Numbered from the stretch's first letter, positions 20,359 to 30,672 are shown. The stretch: DNA of 64,000 nt from an uncultured Rhodospirillaceae bacterium (GCA_964499275.1 CAZCKO010000004.1:13418-77417), one strand, 5' to 3'. Notes: a model not told the origin generated them from the letters alone. Program-made: numbers and translations.

Positions 20359-20408
20359 CAAGCTTTTAGTGCTTATTTATATAATGTTTGAATAAGTTTC
20401 CCGTCTCA

Positions 20409-21305
20409 TTATTCATCCGTGGCTTCTTTGGCTTCCTTTCGAACTGAAAAATAAGTGCTGGCGAAGATAACCAATGCACCTAGAAGGACCCATGGTGAGA
20501 ATGTTTCGCCCCAGAGAATATAGGCAATCAAAGCGATAAAGGGGAGACGAAGAAAATCGATAGGAAAACAGACAGATGTATCAATTAAGACTAACGCCTT
20601 GCTGAGACAAAAATGGGTTATAATCCCAGACGTCCCAAGGAGTAGAAGCCACGGTACATGATGCCATTGTGGCATTACCCAGAAATATACTGCGGGTCCC
20701 AAAAGAATGAGGCACTGAATCAAGTTCATGGTAAAGACCATTGTTCCAGCACTTTCAGTTTGGGACAGGACCTTGACCATTACATTTTGTGCCGAAAACA
20801 ATATTGCCCCCAAGATAACCATAAGGGTTGGTATGCTGATAGGTACAAAACCGGGACGAACAATTATTAATACACCTAAAAAACTTACCGTCATTCCAAT
20901 CCAGCGATAGAATTTAACCCGCTCGCCTATAGTCATTGCGGCGAAAGCAGCGGTTAGGGCAGGAATGGTATATTCGATTGAGGTAACGACAGCGAGTGGC
21001 ACAGATATGACGGCAAAAAAAACGCAGTATTGTGCACTCACATGGGTAACATTCCTGAGGATCTGAAAGGGTAACCGCTTAGTTAAAAGATTACTCAAAC
21101 CATACTTGGGAACCATGATTACAGAAATGGCAATTAAACCGATGATCGCTCTTAGAAAGAGTATTTCGGGGATGGTTATATCTGGCTTGAGAGCCCGGAC
21201 AGCAATGACAATTCCGGCAAGGCCGGTAACAGCGATTGACATCCAGGCCACACCACGAAGTGTTTCCGTGCGGGTTGCATTACCAGTAGTGTTTTGCTCC
21301 ATCAC
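20409..21305 (-). CDS. EamA/DMT family transporter
   Basis: 298 aa 10-TM protein with EamA repeat (..IIVRPG.., ..DFLRLPFIALIAYILWGE..). Confidence 0.75.
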   Translation of the reverse strand: MMEQNTTGNATRTETLRGVAWMSIAVTGLAGIVIAVRALKPDITIPEILFLRAIIGLIAISVIMVPKYGLSNLLTKRLPFQILRNVTHVSAQYCVFFAVISVPLAVVTSIEYTIPALTAAFAAMTIGERVKFYRWIGMTVSFLGVLIIVRPGFVPISIPTLMVILGAILFSAQNVMVKVLSQTESAGTMVFTMNLIQCLILLGPAVYFWVMPQWHHVPWLLLLGTSGIITHFCLSKALVLIDTSVCFPIDFLRLPFIALIAYILWGETFSPWVLLGALVIFASTYFSVRKEAKEATDE

Positions 21306-21401
21306 GAAAAGTACTCGCCAATCAATTAATGAAACTCGGATTTACAGAATATACTACGGAGCTTAACTTAGTGCGATAAACATAATTGGGGAGTTTCTTT
21401 A

Positions 21402-22895
21402 ATGGATGGCTCGCAGGCTGCAGGTCTTATTCACAAGGTCACATTCGGTGACCTTAGGGAATATATTGAGGAAGTTGAAAAGCTTGGAGAGTTGAGACGT
21501 GTTGAAGGCGCTACCTGGGAAGAGGATATCGGCCTTGCTGCGGAACTGCTTCTTCACAGTGAAACAGCACCCTGTGCACTCTTTGATGAAATACCGGGTT
21601 ATCCCAAGGGCCATCGGGTCTTCACTAATTTTTTTGGCGGACGCCGCCAAAATATTACCCTTGGTTTTCCTCCAAACCTTTCAAAATTTGAATTAAGCGT
21701 AGCCTTCAATAAGGCTTATCAATCGATTGTGCAAAATCCAATCCCTTATGAGACCGTAGAAACTGGGCCGGTAATGGAAAACATAATGGAAGGGGACGAT
21801 GTAGACGTGTTATCTTTCCCGACTCCCCTTTGGCATGAAGGGGACGGTGGCAGATATATTGGCACTGGATCCTTTAATGTTACCCGTGACCCTGAAGAAG
21901 ATTGGGTGAATGTTGGGACCTATCGCGTAATGGTTCATGATAAAAAAACCGTAGGATTCTATATTTCGCCTGGCAAGCATGGTCGGATTCACCGTCAAAA
22001 ATACATGTCAAAAAACCAACCCATGCCAGTTTGTGTTGTTGTTGGAATAGATCCGCTGAGTTTTCTTATGTCCTCTTCAGAAATTCCCTACGGAGTATGT
22101 GAATTTGACATAATGGGGGCGTATCGAGGCCGCCCTATTGAATGTGTAATTGGCAAGCACACTGGCCTGCCCTTCCCTGCAAATGCTGAGATTGTTCTCG
22201 AGGGGTTTTGCTATCCTGACAATCTTCACTCCGAGGGGCCTTTTGGAGAATGGACGGGTTACTATGGAAACCCCGAACATAATGGTCCGACTTTAGATAT
22301 TAAGGCAATTTATCATCGCAATAATCCAATAATGCTCGGTTGTCCGCCTCAGCGACCACCAGAAGAACAGTCCCGCTATCGTGCTGTAGTGAGGTCTGCT
22401 TTGTTGAAGGAACAAATTGAAGCAGTCGGCGTTCCAGATGTGCAGGTGGCGTGGTGCCATGAATGTGGTGGTGGGCGTATGTTTACAGCGGTATCTATTA
22501 AGCAACGGTATCCTGGCCATGCAACGCAGGCAGGTCAGATTGCCTCACAGTGCAGATTGGGGGCGTACGCTGGGAAGTTTGTAGTTGTGGTTGATGAAGA
22601 CATCGATGCATCCAATTTAGAGGATGTGATGTGGGCGCTTTGCTTCAGAGCAGATCCGGCCACTGATATTGATATAATACAAAGGGGTTGGTCGACCGGG
22701 CTGGATCCTTCTATTCACCCTGATCGTAAGGCGATTGGCGACACCACTAATAGCCGCGCTGTAATAAATGCTTGCAAACCCTTTCATTGGAAAGATAGAT
22801 ATCCGAAGGTCAATATGCCTGACCCCGAGACCTACGAGCGTGCCCAGCAAAGGTGGGGCTGGCTTCTAAACAGTAATGCACCCCCAGAAAAATAG
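21402..22895 (+). CDS. UbiD-family (prFMN-dependent) decarboxylase, paralog 1
   Basis: 497 aa with the UbiD-fold N-terminus ...WEEDIGLAAELL... and central ..GPFGEWTGYY... Clear paralog of 30673..32151. Confidence 0.8.
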   Translation: MDGSQAAGLIHKVTFGDLREYIEEVEKLGELRRVEGATWEEDIGLAAELLLHSETAPCALFDEIPGYPKGHRVFTNFFGGRRQNITLGFPPNLSKFELSVAFNKAYQSIVQNPIPYETVETGPVMENIMEGDDVDVLSFPTPLWHEGDGGRYIGTGSFNVTRDPEEDWVNVGTYRVMVHDKKTVGFYISPGKHGRIHRQKYMSKNQPMPVCVVVGIDPLSFLMSSSEIPYGVCEFDIMGAYRGRPIECVIGKHTGLPFPANAEIVLEGFCYPDNLHSEGPFGEWTGYYGNPEHNGPTLDIKAIYHRNNPIMLGCPPQRPPEEQSRYRAVVRSALLKEQIEAVGVPDVQVAWCHECGGGRMFTAVSIKQRYPGHATQAGQIASQCRLGAYAGKFVVVVDEDIDASNLEDVMWALCFRADPATDIDIIQRGWSTGLDPSIHPDRKAIGDTTNSRAVINACKPFHWKDRYPKVNMPDPETYERAQQRWGWLLNSNAPPEK

Positions 22896-22916
22896 ATACG
22901 ATGGGGAGTTAGGCTT

Positions 22917-23936
22917 TTATTCATTACCAGCGTGCTTGGCTTCGTGCCTCGTCATAACGTAGGTTGAGCCAGCGATGATAGCTGCGCCAACCCATACCCA
23001 GAAATCGGTTGTTTGATTAAATACGAGGTATGCTAAGCCAGCCGTGATGGGTAAACGTAGGTACTCGATTGGCTCAATGATTGTTGCTTCGGTATGTACA
23101 AAAGCCCTTACAAGACAATAGGGTGCTGCGGTTCCCGAGACGGCTAGGAGCAGTAGTGCAGGGATATCGGTGATTTGGGGTGTTACCCACCTGAACCAGG
23201 TAAGTGGCAACCCGAAGTCCGGGTAAGAATTAGCCAAAAACCATCCCAAATACATCGAAATAGCAGCAAAAACTGTCAATGTGAATTGGTAATAGAAAGT
23301 TGTTGTGGTTGGATGGTCTGTTTTTCCAAGAGACCGCGTATATATTGCAACCCCTGCATATGATAGGGCCGAACCAAGCACAAGAAACGCTGCTGGGCTC
23401 ATCGGCACCGCACCTGGGCGAAGAATAACGACGACGCCCGCAAAGCCGACCAGTGTACACCCTAAGCGTATAATACCAGGTCGTTCCCGCAAAAAGATAA
23501 CCGCCAAGACGACCACCATAAGTGGCACGGTGAAATGCAATGCGACGGCCTTTGCTATTGGAAGAAAGGCAAGGCCGGCAAACCATAACCACATGCCCGC
23601 AAAATTTGCCAAGTTACGTTGTATATGAAAGCCAAGACGGTTGGTTTGCCAAAATTGATTTCCCTGCCAGGAAATTATGCAGAGTAGTATCATAAGGCCA
23701 ATCAGGTTCCTAAAAAACACCAACTCAATAGCGGGAATATGATCTAATAAACGAACTGCAATGGGAACAAAGGAATGCGCTATTGCGGCAGCCAGTCCCC
23801 ATCCAGCGCCAATCAGGACTTGATTACCGGTTCTTCCGTGAGAGTTAACAGGGCCCATTAATAAAAACCATTGAAGTCTATTATCAAAAAAATGACCATC
23901 GCTATAATTATGAGACCACAGAGGCGAATGAGACAC
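22917..23936 (-). CDS. EamA/DMT family transporter
   Basis: 339 aa polytopic protein with EamA repeat (..VILRPG..). 8-nt gap to the upstream membrane-protein gene. Confidence 0.7.
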   Translation of the reverse strand: MSHSPLWSHNYSDGHFFDNRLQWFLLMGPVNSHGRTGNQVLIGAGWGLAAAIAHSFVPIAVRLLDHIPAIELVFFRNLIGLMILLCIISWQGNQFWQTNRLGFHIQRNLANFAGMWLWFAGLAFLPIAKAVALHFTVPLMVVVLAVIFLRERPGIIRLGCTLVGFAGVVVILRPGAVPMSPAAFLVLGSALSYAGVAIYTRSLGKTDHPTTTTFYYQFTLTVFAAISMYLGWFLANSYPDFGLPLTWFRWVTPQITDIPALLLLAVSGTAAPYCLVRAFVHTEATIIEPIEYLRLPITAGLAYLVFNQTTDFWVWVGAAIIAGSTYVMTRHEAKHAGNE

Positions 23937-23943
23937 CTCATGA

Positions 23944-25263
23944 TTAAGACATCATAAGGGGATTGATAATAGATAAAATTACAGCGCAAAAAGTGCCGCC
24001 TACGAATACATAAATGAAATTACTCCAACTGATCAGTCGCGTCATGGGAATTTCAAACATCGATGCTCCCGTTACAATAGAAAGACTACTAATTGATACA
24101 GCGGTACATAAACCCCAACCAGTTAATATTGCCTGCATAATGATAAGATCAGATACCCCGGTGGGAATACTTGTAAAGAGCACCAACAAGATGGTTCCCG
24201 AAACAATGGAGTGAATGGCCATGACGCCAGCAATATTCATGGCCATAATCAATATAAAGATAATCGCAGTGGCTGAAAGCTGGAGGCTCTGTAACCAATT
24301 TAATAGACCCATGTCTGGAAGAGCCTTTTCGAACACGCTACCGAGAACGGTGGCAAAAACTAAAATCGCGGTTTCCGGACCTATCCGTGGCAAACGTTGA
24401 ATAGTGGTTTTAAGAGCTGTGGGAATTGATCCGCCTGGCGAGAAAAAGACCGCTATCAGACATGGTATGGGTAAAGCCATAATTAGTGATTGCATTGTGG
24501 AAAATCCTGAAGCAATCGATGTGCCGATGACTAGCAGAGCAGCAATAGCTATAGGTGGGGCAATCGGGGCTAATGTCATGAGAGATTGCCATAAAGACTT
24601 AAGCCCTCCTTTGCGATCAAAACAGATAATAGATAGAACGATACAAAAAGAGGAAAGTGCCAGCCCCATTGATACGATCTGCCAGAGAGGCACCTTGGGC
24701 AAATATTGGCTGGCGATAGCCATTCCGACGACAAATGGAGACCACAAGGGTACCAGGGCCATACCCCGCATCGCTGCAATAAATACTTCGCGACGTTCAC
24801 TTTCCTTGGCGTTACGACCAAGTATTGGGGCCATAATTGCGAATACACTTACTTGCAGGATCGAGCCGATAAGAAAGCCACCAACGACTAATCCACTATC
24901 CCGTCTCTCTGGTTCAAGGGCGGTAAAGAGACTTCTGGCAGCAATAATTTCGGGCCGTTGCTCGGCTGTTGCTCTTAGGAGTAAAATGGTTGCTAGGAAG
25001 GTCGGAAAAATTATTGCGCGCCTTAAACCATCTTCGATTGCTCCCCACTGGTCATAAATTTGTGCCAATACCGCTGTTATTGTCACAAGAACAGAACACA
25101 GAATTTTCACGCTGCGGTTAGCTTGCGGTAAAGCACAAATGGTTGTGCACGCAAGGAGGCCGATTAATAAATCAAAGACATATGGTGTTGGAACGAGTAT
25201 TTGAATTAAGCCCAAGACCCAAAGGAGACCGAGTGTTATAAGGAGAATTCGGGTTAAAATCAA
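23944..25263 (-). CDS. Polytopic integral membrane protein of unknown function (putative permease)
   Basis: 439 aa with about 12 hydrophobic segments and no recognisable family motif. Co-oriented with and 8 nt upstream of an EamA gene. Confidence 0.5.
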   Translation of the reverse strand: MILTRILLITLGLLWVLGLIQILVPTPYVFDLLIGLLACTTICALPQANRSVKILCSVLVTITAVLAQIYDQWGAIEDGLRRAIIFPTFLATILLLRATAEQRPEIIAARSLFTALEPERRDSGLVVGGFLIGSILQVSVFAIMAPILGRNAKESERREVFIAAMRGMALVPLWSPFVVGMAIASQYLPKVPLWQIVSMGLALSSFCIVLSIICFDRKGGLKSLWQSLMTLAPIAPPIAIAALLVIGTSIASGFSTMQSLIMALPIPCLIAVFFSPGGSIPTALKTTIQRLPRIGPETAILVFATVLGSVFEKALPDMGLLNWLQSLQLSATAIIFILIMAMNIAGVMAIHSIVSGTILLVLFTSIPTGVSDLIIMQAILTGWGLCTAVSISSLSIVTGASMFEIPMTRLISWSNFIYVFVGGTFCAVILSIINPLMMS

Positions 25264-25358
25264 AATAGGCGCCTTTGTTTTACAAAAAAGCTAATTTTCA
25301 ACTGAAACATTAGGCCCAAGGACAACTTCCTATAAGTCTGCTCTATAATTACAATATT

Positions 25359-26552
25359 TTATAGTTCAGTTTTCTTTATCGAGAACAATCTGACTAATGG
25401 CAATAACAAGATACCCATAAAAGCCAACCCCGTCATTGCAATGAAAGAAAATCCGCCAAAGTTTTCGTAAAGCCAGCCTGACCCAAGCATCGCAAAGGCC
25501 ATAGTAGTTCCTACGGCGAAACTGGAATACAGGCTTTGCGCGGTTGCAGCAAATTCCGCTGGGACAGATTTTGCGATATAATAAAGAGCGGCTAAATGGG
25601 TGGCACCGAATGTAAAAGCGTGAAGCCATTGAATGCAAATCAGGTAAGTAATGTCTGTTGTTATACCAAGGATCGACCAGCGTAGAACGCCAGAAAGTCC
25701 TCCAATTGTCAAAAATATTATAGGCCCTATGCGGTCGATATATTTACCGGCTATTGCAAACAAGATAATCTCCGCGACAACCCCTTCAGCCCAAAGACCA
25801 CCAATCGTCACCTTATCAAGACCATTGGCACGCCAATGCAATGTAGAAAATCCATAATATACAGCGTGGCTAGCCTGTATCAGGCTTGCAGACATCATAA
25901 AGATGATAAGCCGCCCATTTCCTATTATGTTTAAAAAGGGTGCCAAAAACTTGTCAGTGCCCGGTGTTTTGGTTCTCGGAATTAAATGACAGATGGCAAC
26001 TGTCAACACCAAAAGTCCTATAACAAGCCACAAAATATAATCTGCCTTTTTACCCTGTAGAAAATACCCTCCTCCGATAGCGGCAACGATGAAGGTTAGC
26101 GATCCCCAGAGTCTCACTCTTCCGTAATCAATAGTCCCCGCACGAACCTTCAGCATGGTTACAGCATCTGCCATTGGCATCATGGCAAAGAGTAGAATCG
26201 AGGAACACACGCTAATTATAAAAAGGCTCCAAAATCCATCTGAAATAAAGAATAAAATATGTGTAATTAGGGCCCCCCAACCAAGTAGAATAATCATTAA
26301 GTCCGGGCGCCCATGCCGATCGGCACTTTGGGCGAGGAGAGGATTTAGAATAGCTCGGCTCCACGTTCCCACCGCAAGGATAAGACCAATTTCTATTGGG
26401 GTTATGCCTTTAGACTCTAGCCAAATGGGCCAAAATGGCATCACTATACCGATTACCGCAAAAATTGCGCCATAAATTAAGGAAATTCTAATTGCCATTA
26501 TCTTCAAGTGCCTATGAGATTGTCGCTGTGCAATGACGCCAACGTGGGACAT
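25359..26552 (-). CDS. MFS transporter, HcaT-like (3-phenylpropionate permease family)
   Basis: FWPIWLESKGITPIEIGLILAVGTWSRAILNPLLAQSADRHGRP closely parallels the HcaT/PPP-family signature. The true start may be the internal Met at about 26498. Confidence 0.6.
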   Translation of the reverse strand: MSHVGVIAQRQSHRHLKIMAIRISLIYGAIFAVIGIVMPFWPIWLESKGITPIEIGLILAVGTWSRAILNPLLAQSADRHGRPDLMIILLGWGALITHILFFISDGFWSLFIISVCSSILLFAMMPMADAVTMLKVRAGTIDYGRVRLWGSLTFIVAAIGGGYFLQGKKADYILWLVIGLLVLTVAICHLIPRTKTPGTDKFLAPFLNIIGNGRLIIFMMSASLIQASHAVYYGFSTLHWRANGLDKVTIGGLWAEGVVAEIILFAIAGKYIDRIGPIIFLTIGGLSGVLRWSILGITTDITYLICIQWLHAFTFGATHLAALYYIAKSVPAEFAATAQSLYSSFAVGTTMAFAMLGSGWLYENFGGFSFIAMTGLAFMGILLLPLVRLFSIKKTEL

Positions 26553-26591
26553 AATTGTCTTAATGTAAAACTAGATTCGGGGAGACCTAAA

Positions 26592-28328
26592 TTGGCAAAA
26601 CAAAAGATTAAAGCTGATACTACAGCAGAGGCCTATCTTACGCTTTTAGCAGACCGGGGCGTAGATTATTTGTTTGGTAATGCGGGGACAGACTTTGCTT
26701 CTGTAATTGAAGCATTGTCCAAAGCCCAGTTAGGTGAAGCGAAAGCGCCTATTCCTGTCACGGTTCCGCATGAAAATGTAGCCGTAGCAATGGCACACGG
26801 ATATTTTCTGGCGACTGGCCGGCCACAAGCTGTAATGCTTCACGTGACTGTAGGAACTGCAAACGGTGTTTGCGGGATTATGAATGCGGCGAGAGAACGG
26901 ATACCCATGTTGTTCACTGCTGGGCGTACACCCCTTACCGAAGAGGGTTTACCTGGAGCAAGAAGTATCTTCATCCATTGGGCACAGGAATTATTCGATC
27001 AAGCAGGTATGGTTCGGGAATTGGTCAAATGGGATTACGAGCTGCGGAATTTGGAACAACTTGAAACAGTAGTTGATCGAGCCCTAACGATAGCGATGTC
27101 CGAACCCAGGGGACCCGTATATTTAACGCTCCCCCGGGAAATTCTGGCCGAGGTGCCCGGTGATTTTACTTATGACAGTCCGTCAAGTCGCAACCCTACG
27201 GTAGCAGGAATACCTAATCCCAATGCAATTGATCATGCAGCGGATATGCTTAGTAAGGCAAAAAATCCCCTTATAATTTCTTCATCGTTTGGACAGACTC
27301 CAGAAGACGTCGCCGCGCTTGAGGAATTAGCTGATCAGTTTGCTATCCCGGTAGTTTGTTATCGCCCACGCTATGTAAATTTGCCTACGAGCCATGCTAT
27401 GCATGCAGGATTTGAGCCAGGACCTAAGCTGGGAAGCGCGGATGTGATTCTTACATTGGAAGCCGATACTCCCTGGATTCCAAGCCTTCATAAAATAGGC
27501 CCAGATACCAAGGTTATTCAGGCTGGTGTTGATCCGCTATTTGCAAATTATCCTATTCGAGGGTTTCGAAGTGATTTAACCCTATCGGGTGATGCCGCAG
27601 CAATTGTTAAAGCACTATCAGATGCTATGTCTGCAGATCAAGATCGTATCGCTGTCACTCGTAAGGTTGTCGCTGAAGAAAAATTGGAATTACTAGACAC
27701 CCAGAAAGCACTGCTAGAACGCCAGTCCGTGGGTGGGCCAATGGAATACCCATGGGTTGCGCATTGTATTGGACAGGCCATGAACGCGGACGATGCTTTA
27801 GTAAGTGAATCACAGCTGCCTGTCGGATTTTTAGGATCGAGACCTCCTGGGACTGTATTCGGCACTAGCCCGGCTGGTGGATTGGGTTGGGGTAATGGGG
27901 CGGCACTTGGTCTGCAGCTAGCAGATCGTTCTCGAAGGATATTTAATGTAGCGGGGGATGGGTCCTACATGTTTGGTAATCCCACACCGGCACACTTTGT
28001 GGGTGCGGCGCTAGAACTGCCAATTTGTACTATAATTCTCAATAATCGCATGTGGGGCTCGGTACGAAAATCAACACTTGGATTGCATCCGGAAGGTGCA
28101 GCTTCTCGTATGAATCGTTCACCTTTGACCGCGCTTGAACCAAATCCGGAATTTGAAAAAATTGTTGAGGCTAATGGTGGCTATGGCGAACGAGTGGATA
28201 ATGCTGAGGATTTGCCGGGGGCATTAGAACGGGCACTCAAGGCTGTAGATGTTGAAAAACGCCAAGCAGTCTTAAATGTTCAAACGTCTTATGATGATGC
28301 GCAAGCATTGGCAGATGCGAGACGTTAA
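26592..28328 (+). CDS. Thiamine pyrophosphate-dependent enzyme (acetolactate synthase / benzoylformate decarboxylase / sulfoacetaldehyde acetyltransferase superfamily); probable TTG start
   Basis: N-terminal Pyr domain (..YLFGNAGTDFASVIEAL..), central domain and a C-terminal TPP-binding GDGS motif (..NVAGDGSYMFGNP..NN..). A GGAG RBS lies just upstream of the in-frame TTG at 26592. The ORF track start at 26508 would overlap the divergent gene. Confidence 0.75.
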   Translation: MAKQKIKADTTAEAYLTLLADRGVDYLFGNAGTDFASVIEALSKAQLGEAKAPIPVTVPHENVAVAMAHGYFLATGRPQAVMLHVTVGTANGVCGIMNAARERIPMLFTAGRTPLTEEGLPGARSIFIHWAQELFDQAGMVRELVKWDYELRNLEQLETVVDRALTIAMSEPRGPVYLTLPREILAEVPGDFTYDSPSSRNPTVAGIPNPNAIDHAADMLSKAKNPLIISSSFGQTPEDVAALEELADQFAIPVVCYRPRYVNLPTSHAMHAGFEPGPKLGSADVILTLEADTPWIPSLHKIGPDTKVIQAGVDPLFANYPIRGFRSDLTLSGDAAAIVKALSDAMSADQDRIAVTRKVVAEEKLELLDTQKALLERQSVGGPMEYPWVAHCIGQAMNADDALVSESQLPVGFLGSRPPGTVFGTSPAGGLGWGNGAALGLQLADRSRRIFNVAGDGSYMFGNPTPAHFVGAALELPICTIILNNRMWGSVRKSTLGLHPEGAASRMNRSPLTALEPNPEFEKIVEANGGYGERVDNAEDLPGALERALKAVDVEKRQAVLNVQTSYDDAQALADARR

Positions 28329-28331
28329 ATT

Positions 28332-29132
28332 TCAAGCATAGCCCTGAACCATTATGGCACGACTTTCAAATTGAATTGAGCCATCCTTCTTGAAGGGGAG
28401 GGTCTCTTTGAGTTTTTCATAAACGGCATTGCGATGCTCGTCAGACATTTTTTTATAAAAACGGCCCACATTTTGTGAATTTGTGGTAATGGGTTTCCAA
28501 TAATCGTCAAGGTCACGGAAGCATGTTGTGAAGGAAAGGGTTTTTTGCTGGACGTTATTCAGTCCGGACTCCTCGAAATAATTTTTTAAAGTGTTGGCTT
28601 CCGCGATCGGAGTGCCAGTCGTTGTGCTAGTGCTTTGGTCAACAGGCGTTGTATCTTCAACTGCAGACCAAAAATGACGGGTCGTATTCATATTTGAGGC
28701 CATATCCCAATCGTACAAGGCAACAATGCCGCCCACTCGCGTCACGCGTTTCATTTCACTGATAGCTTTTGCTTTATCTGTTACGAATTTGATCATGAGT
28801 CCTGATACCACCGCGTCAAAACTTAAATCTTCAAACGGTAGGTTTTGAGCATTACCCAGCTCGAATTGAATGTCGGTATGATGAGGGTGGTTTTTTGCAG
28901 CCTGGATCGAAGTTTCTAGGGGGTCTATTCCGATCATTGTCGATGGAGAATATTTTTCAGAAATTATTTGGGTCAATGTGCCTACCCCGCAACCTACATC
29001 TAGCCAGCTCAACCCTGTTTTAGTGTCAATATTTTTGAGAAATAGTGCTGCTACCTTTCGGCTCCAACGGCCCATAAAATAGTCATATTGAGAATAGGTG
29101 TCTGAATAGGTCATTTGTGGATATCTTCCCAT
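28332..29132 (-). CDS. Class I SAM-dependent methyltransferase
   Basis: Motif I LDVGCGVGTLT. 266 aa. Confidence 0.75.
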   Translation of the reverse strand: MGRYPQMTYSDTYSQYDYFMGRWSRKVAALFLKNIDTKTGLSWLDVGCGVGTLTQIISEKYSPSTMIGIDPLETSIQAAKNHPHHTDIQFELGNAQNLPFEDLSFDAVVSGLMIKFVTDKAKAISEMKRVTRVGGIVALYDWDMASNMNTTRHFWSAVEDTTPVDQSTSTTTGTPIAEANTLKNYFEESGLNNVQQKTLSFTTCFRDLDDYWKPITTNSQNVGRFYKKMSDEHRNAVYEKLKETLPFKKDGSIQFESRAIMVQGYA

Positions 29133-30664
29133 GCTTTCTTAGCCGCTTTGCGGTCAATTTTCCCTCGGTTGTTTTTGGGTATTTCTTTTACTAGTTCAAT
29201 ATATTTTGGGCGTTTTTTTTCAGGAAGGTTCTCGTTGCAGAAAAGCACCAACGCCGTCGCGGTTAGTTTTGAATTCGGTGAAATAACTACCCAACTGGCA
29301 AGATTTTCTCCATAGACAGGGTCATGAATCCCAAAGGTCACAACTTCAAGTACACCTGGTTGTTGCGAAATTAAGGAGTCTATTTCTAATGGTGAAATAT
29401 TTACTCCGCCGCGTATAATAACATCTTTTGCTCGCCCCGTAATTCGTATAAACCCCTCATCATCAAAAAACCCAAGATCACCGGTTTTAAGAGGTTTTCC
29501 TCTTAACGACTCCGTTTCTCCACCGGCATAGAGGTAAGCGTTAGCATGCTGAGCGCTGACAGACTCTATTTCGCCGACAATACCCGGTTCCAGCAAGTTG
29601 TTGTTGTCATCTCTTATCGAAATTTTCTGATACATTCCGGCGGTTCCAACACTCCCTATTTTCCGATTTCCGGGGGTGTTTGCAGCAATGATACCCCCTT
29701 CACTCATTCCGTAGAGTTGAACCAATTCCACACCATAGATTTTTTCAAACCGTCGATGGGCATCGGCCATCAATGGGGCGGTGCTACATGAAATAAAGCG
29801 AACATTTTTAAAGATTTCTTTGCCGTTTTTAATAGGCTGTTCCAGTAACATATTTACAACTGTTGGAACGGCAACAATTATGGTGGGGCTATATGTTTCA
29901 ATCCAGTTTACGAAACGCGAATATGAAAAATTTTTTGCAAATAGTAGCGTTGCGCCTGCCAAAATAGTCGGGTTTAACGAAATCATGTGGGCTGATGCCC
30001 AGGTTATGGAACGAAACTCTAAAATTCGATCGTTGTTATTAAGTGACCAACGCTCTATTTGGTGTTGGGCAATAGCTTGATAGTTACCAAAGCTATGGAT
30101 AACTCCTTTTGGTTGGGCCGATGTCCCCGATGTGAAACAGATAACACAGTGGTCATTTGGGGTATTTTTAAGATGATATAAGTTTTTGCTATGGAGCTTT
30201 GATAATCTGGTAAAAAGGTCGGTATCGCGTCTTCTATCTTCGAAGAAAAATTTTTGTCTATTTGTTTTGGGTTCAATAATCAGGCTCCCAAACCCTCGCT
30301 CAATAAAAATAAGCTTTGGTGATATACGGTCAACCATTTCGATTAAGTGATTATAATTTACGTCGGTATTGATGGTGCAGTAGGTGGATCCAAAAGATTG
30401 TATTGCGTAATACAGGATAAGATGCTCTGTGGTGCTCTCTCCAACTACTAGGATCCTGTCATTTTTCTGTATTCCAAGGTTCCGTAGAAATTGAGCGATA
30501 CGGACACTCCAGTCCCAGAGTTCTTGCCAGGTAATAGAGTCCCCATTTTCTATTGAAACCAGGGCATCGGATGCTGGACTATTAACGACATTGCGCTCTA
30601 ATTGTTCCGAAATGGATAAGTAATTATCAGGTAAAAGATCTGTTGGCGCGGTCAAAACAACCAT
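29111..30664 (-). CDS. AMP-dependent synthetase/ligase (acyl/aryl-CoA ligase family)
   Basis: AMP-binding motif (..FTSGTSAQPKGV..). Conserved YGMSEGG and GDLGFFDDEGFIRITGRAKD segments. 517 aa. Confidence 0.85.
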   Translation of the reverse strand: MVVLTAPTDLLPDNYLSISEQLERNVVNSPASDALVSIENGDSITWQELWDWSVRIAQFLRNLGIQKNDRILVVGESTTEHLILYYAIQSFGSTYCTINTDVNYNHLIEMVDRISPKLIFIERGFGSLIIEPKTNRQKFFFEDRRRDTDLFTRLSKLHSKNLYHLKNTPNDHCVICFTSGTSAQPKGVIHSFGNYQAIAQHQIERWSLNNNDRILEFRSITWASAHMISLNPTILAGATLLFAKNFSYSRFVNWIETYSPTIIVAVPTVVNMLLEQPIKNGKEIFKNVRFISCSTAPLMADAHRRFEKIYGVELVQLYGMSEGGIIAANTPGNRKIGSVGTAGMYQKISIRDDNNNLLEPGIVGEIESVSAQHANAYLYAGGETESLRGKPLKTGDLGFFDDEGFIRITGRAKDVIIRGGVNISPLEIDSLISQQPGVLEVVTFGIHDPVYGENLASWVVISPNSKLTATALVLFCNENLPEKKRPKYIELVKEIPKNNRGKIDRKAAKKAWEDIHK

Positions 30665-30672
30665 CCGGATTT

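Noticed and set aside
24404-25057. 217-aa + strand ORF
   Set aside because: Entirely inside and antisense to the 439-aa membrane-protein gene. Its composition (Ala/Arg/Gly-rich) is typical of an antisense shadow.
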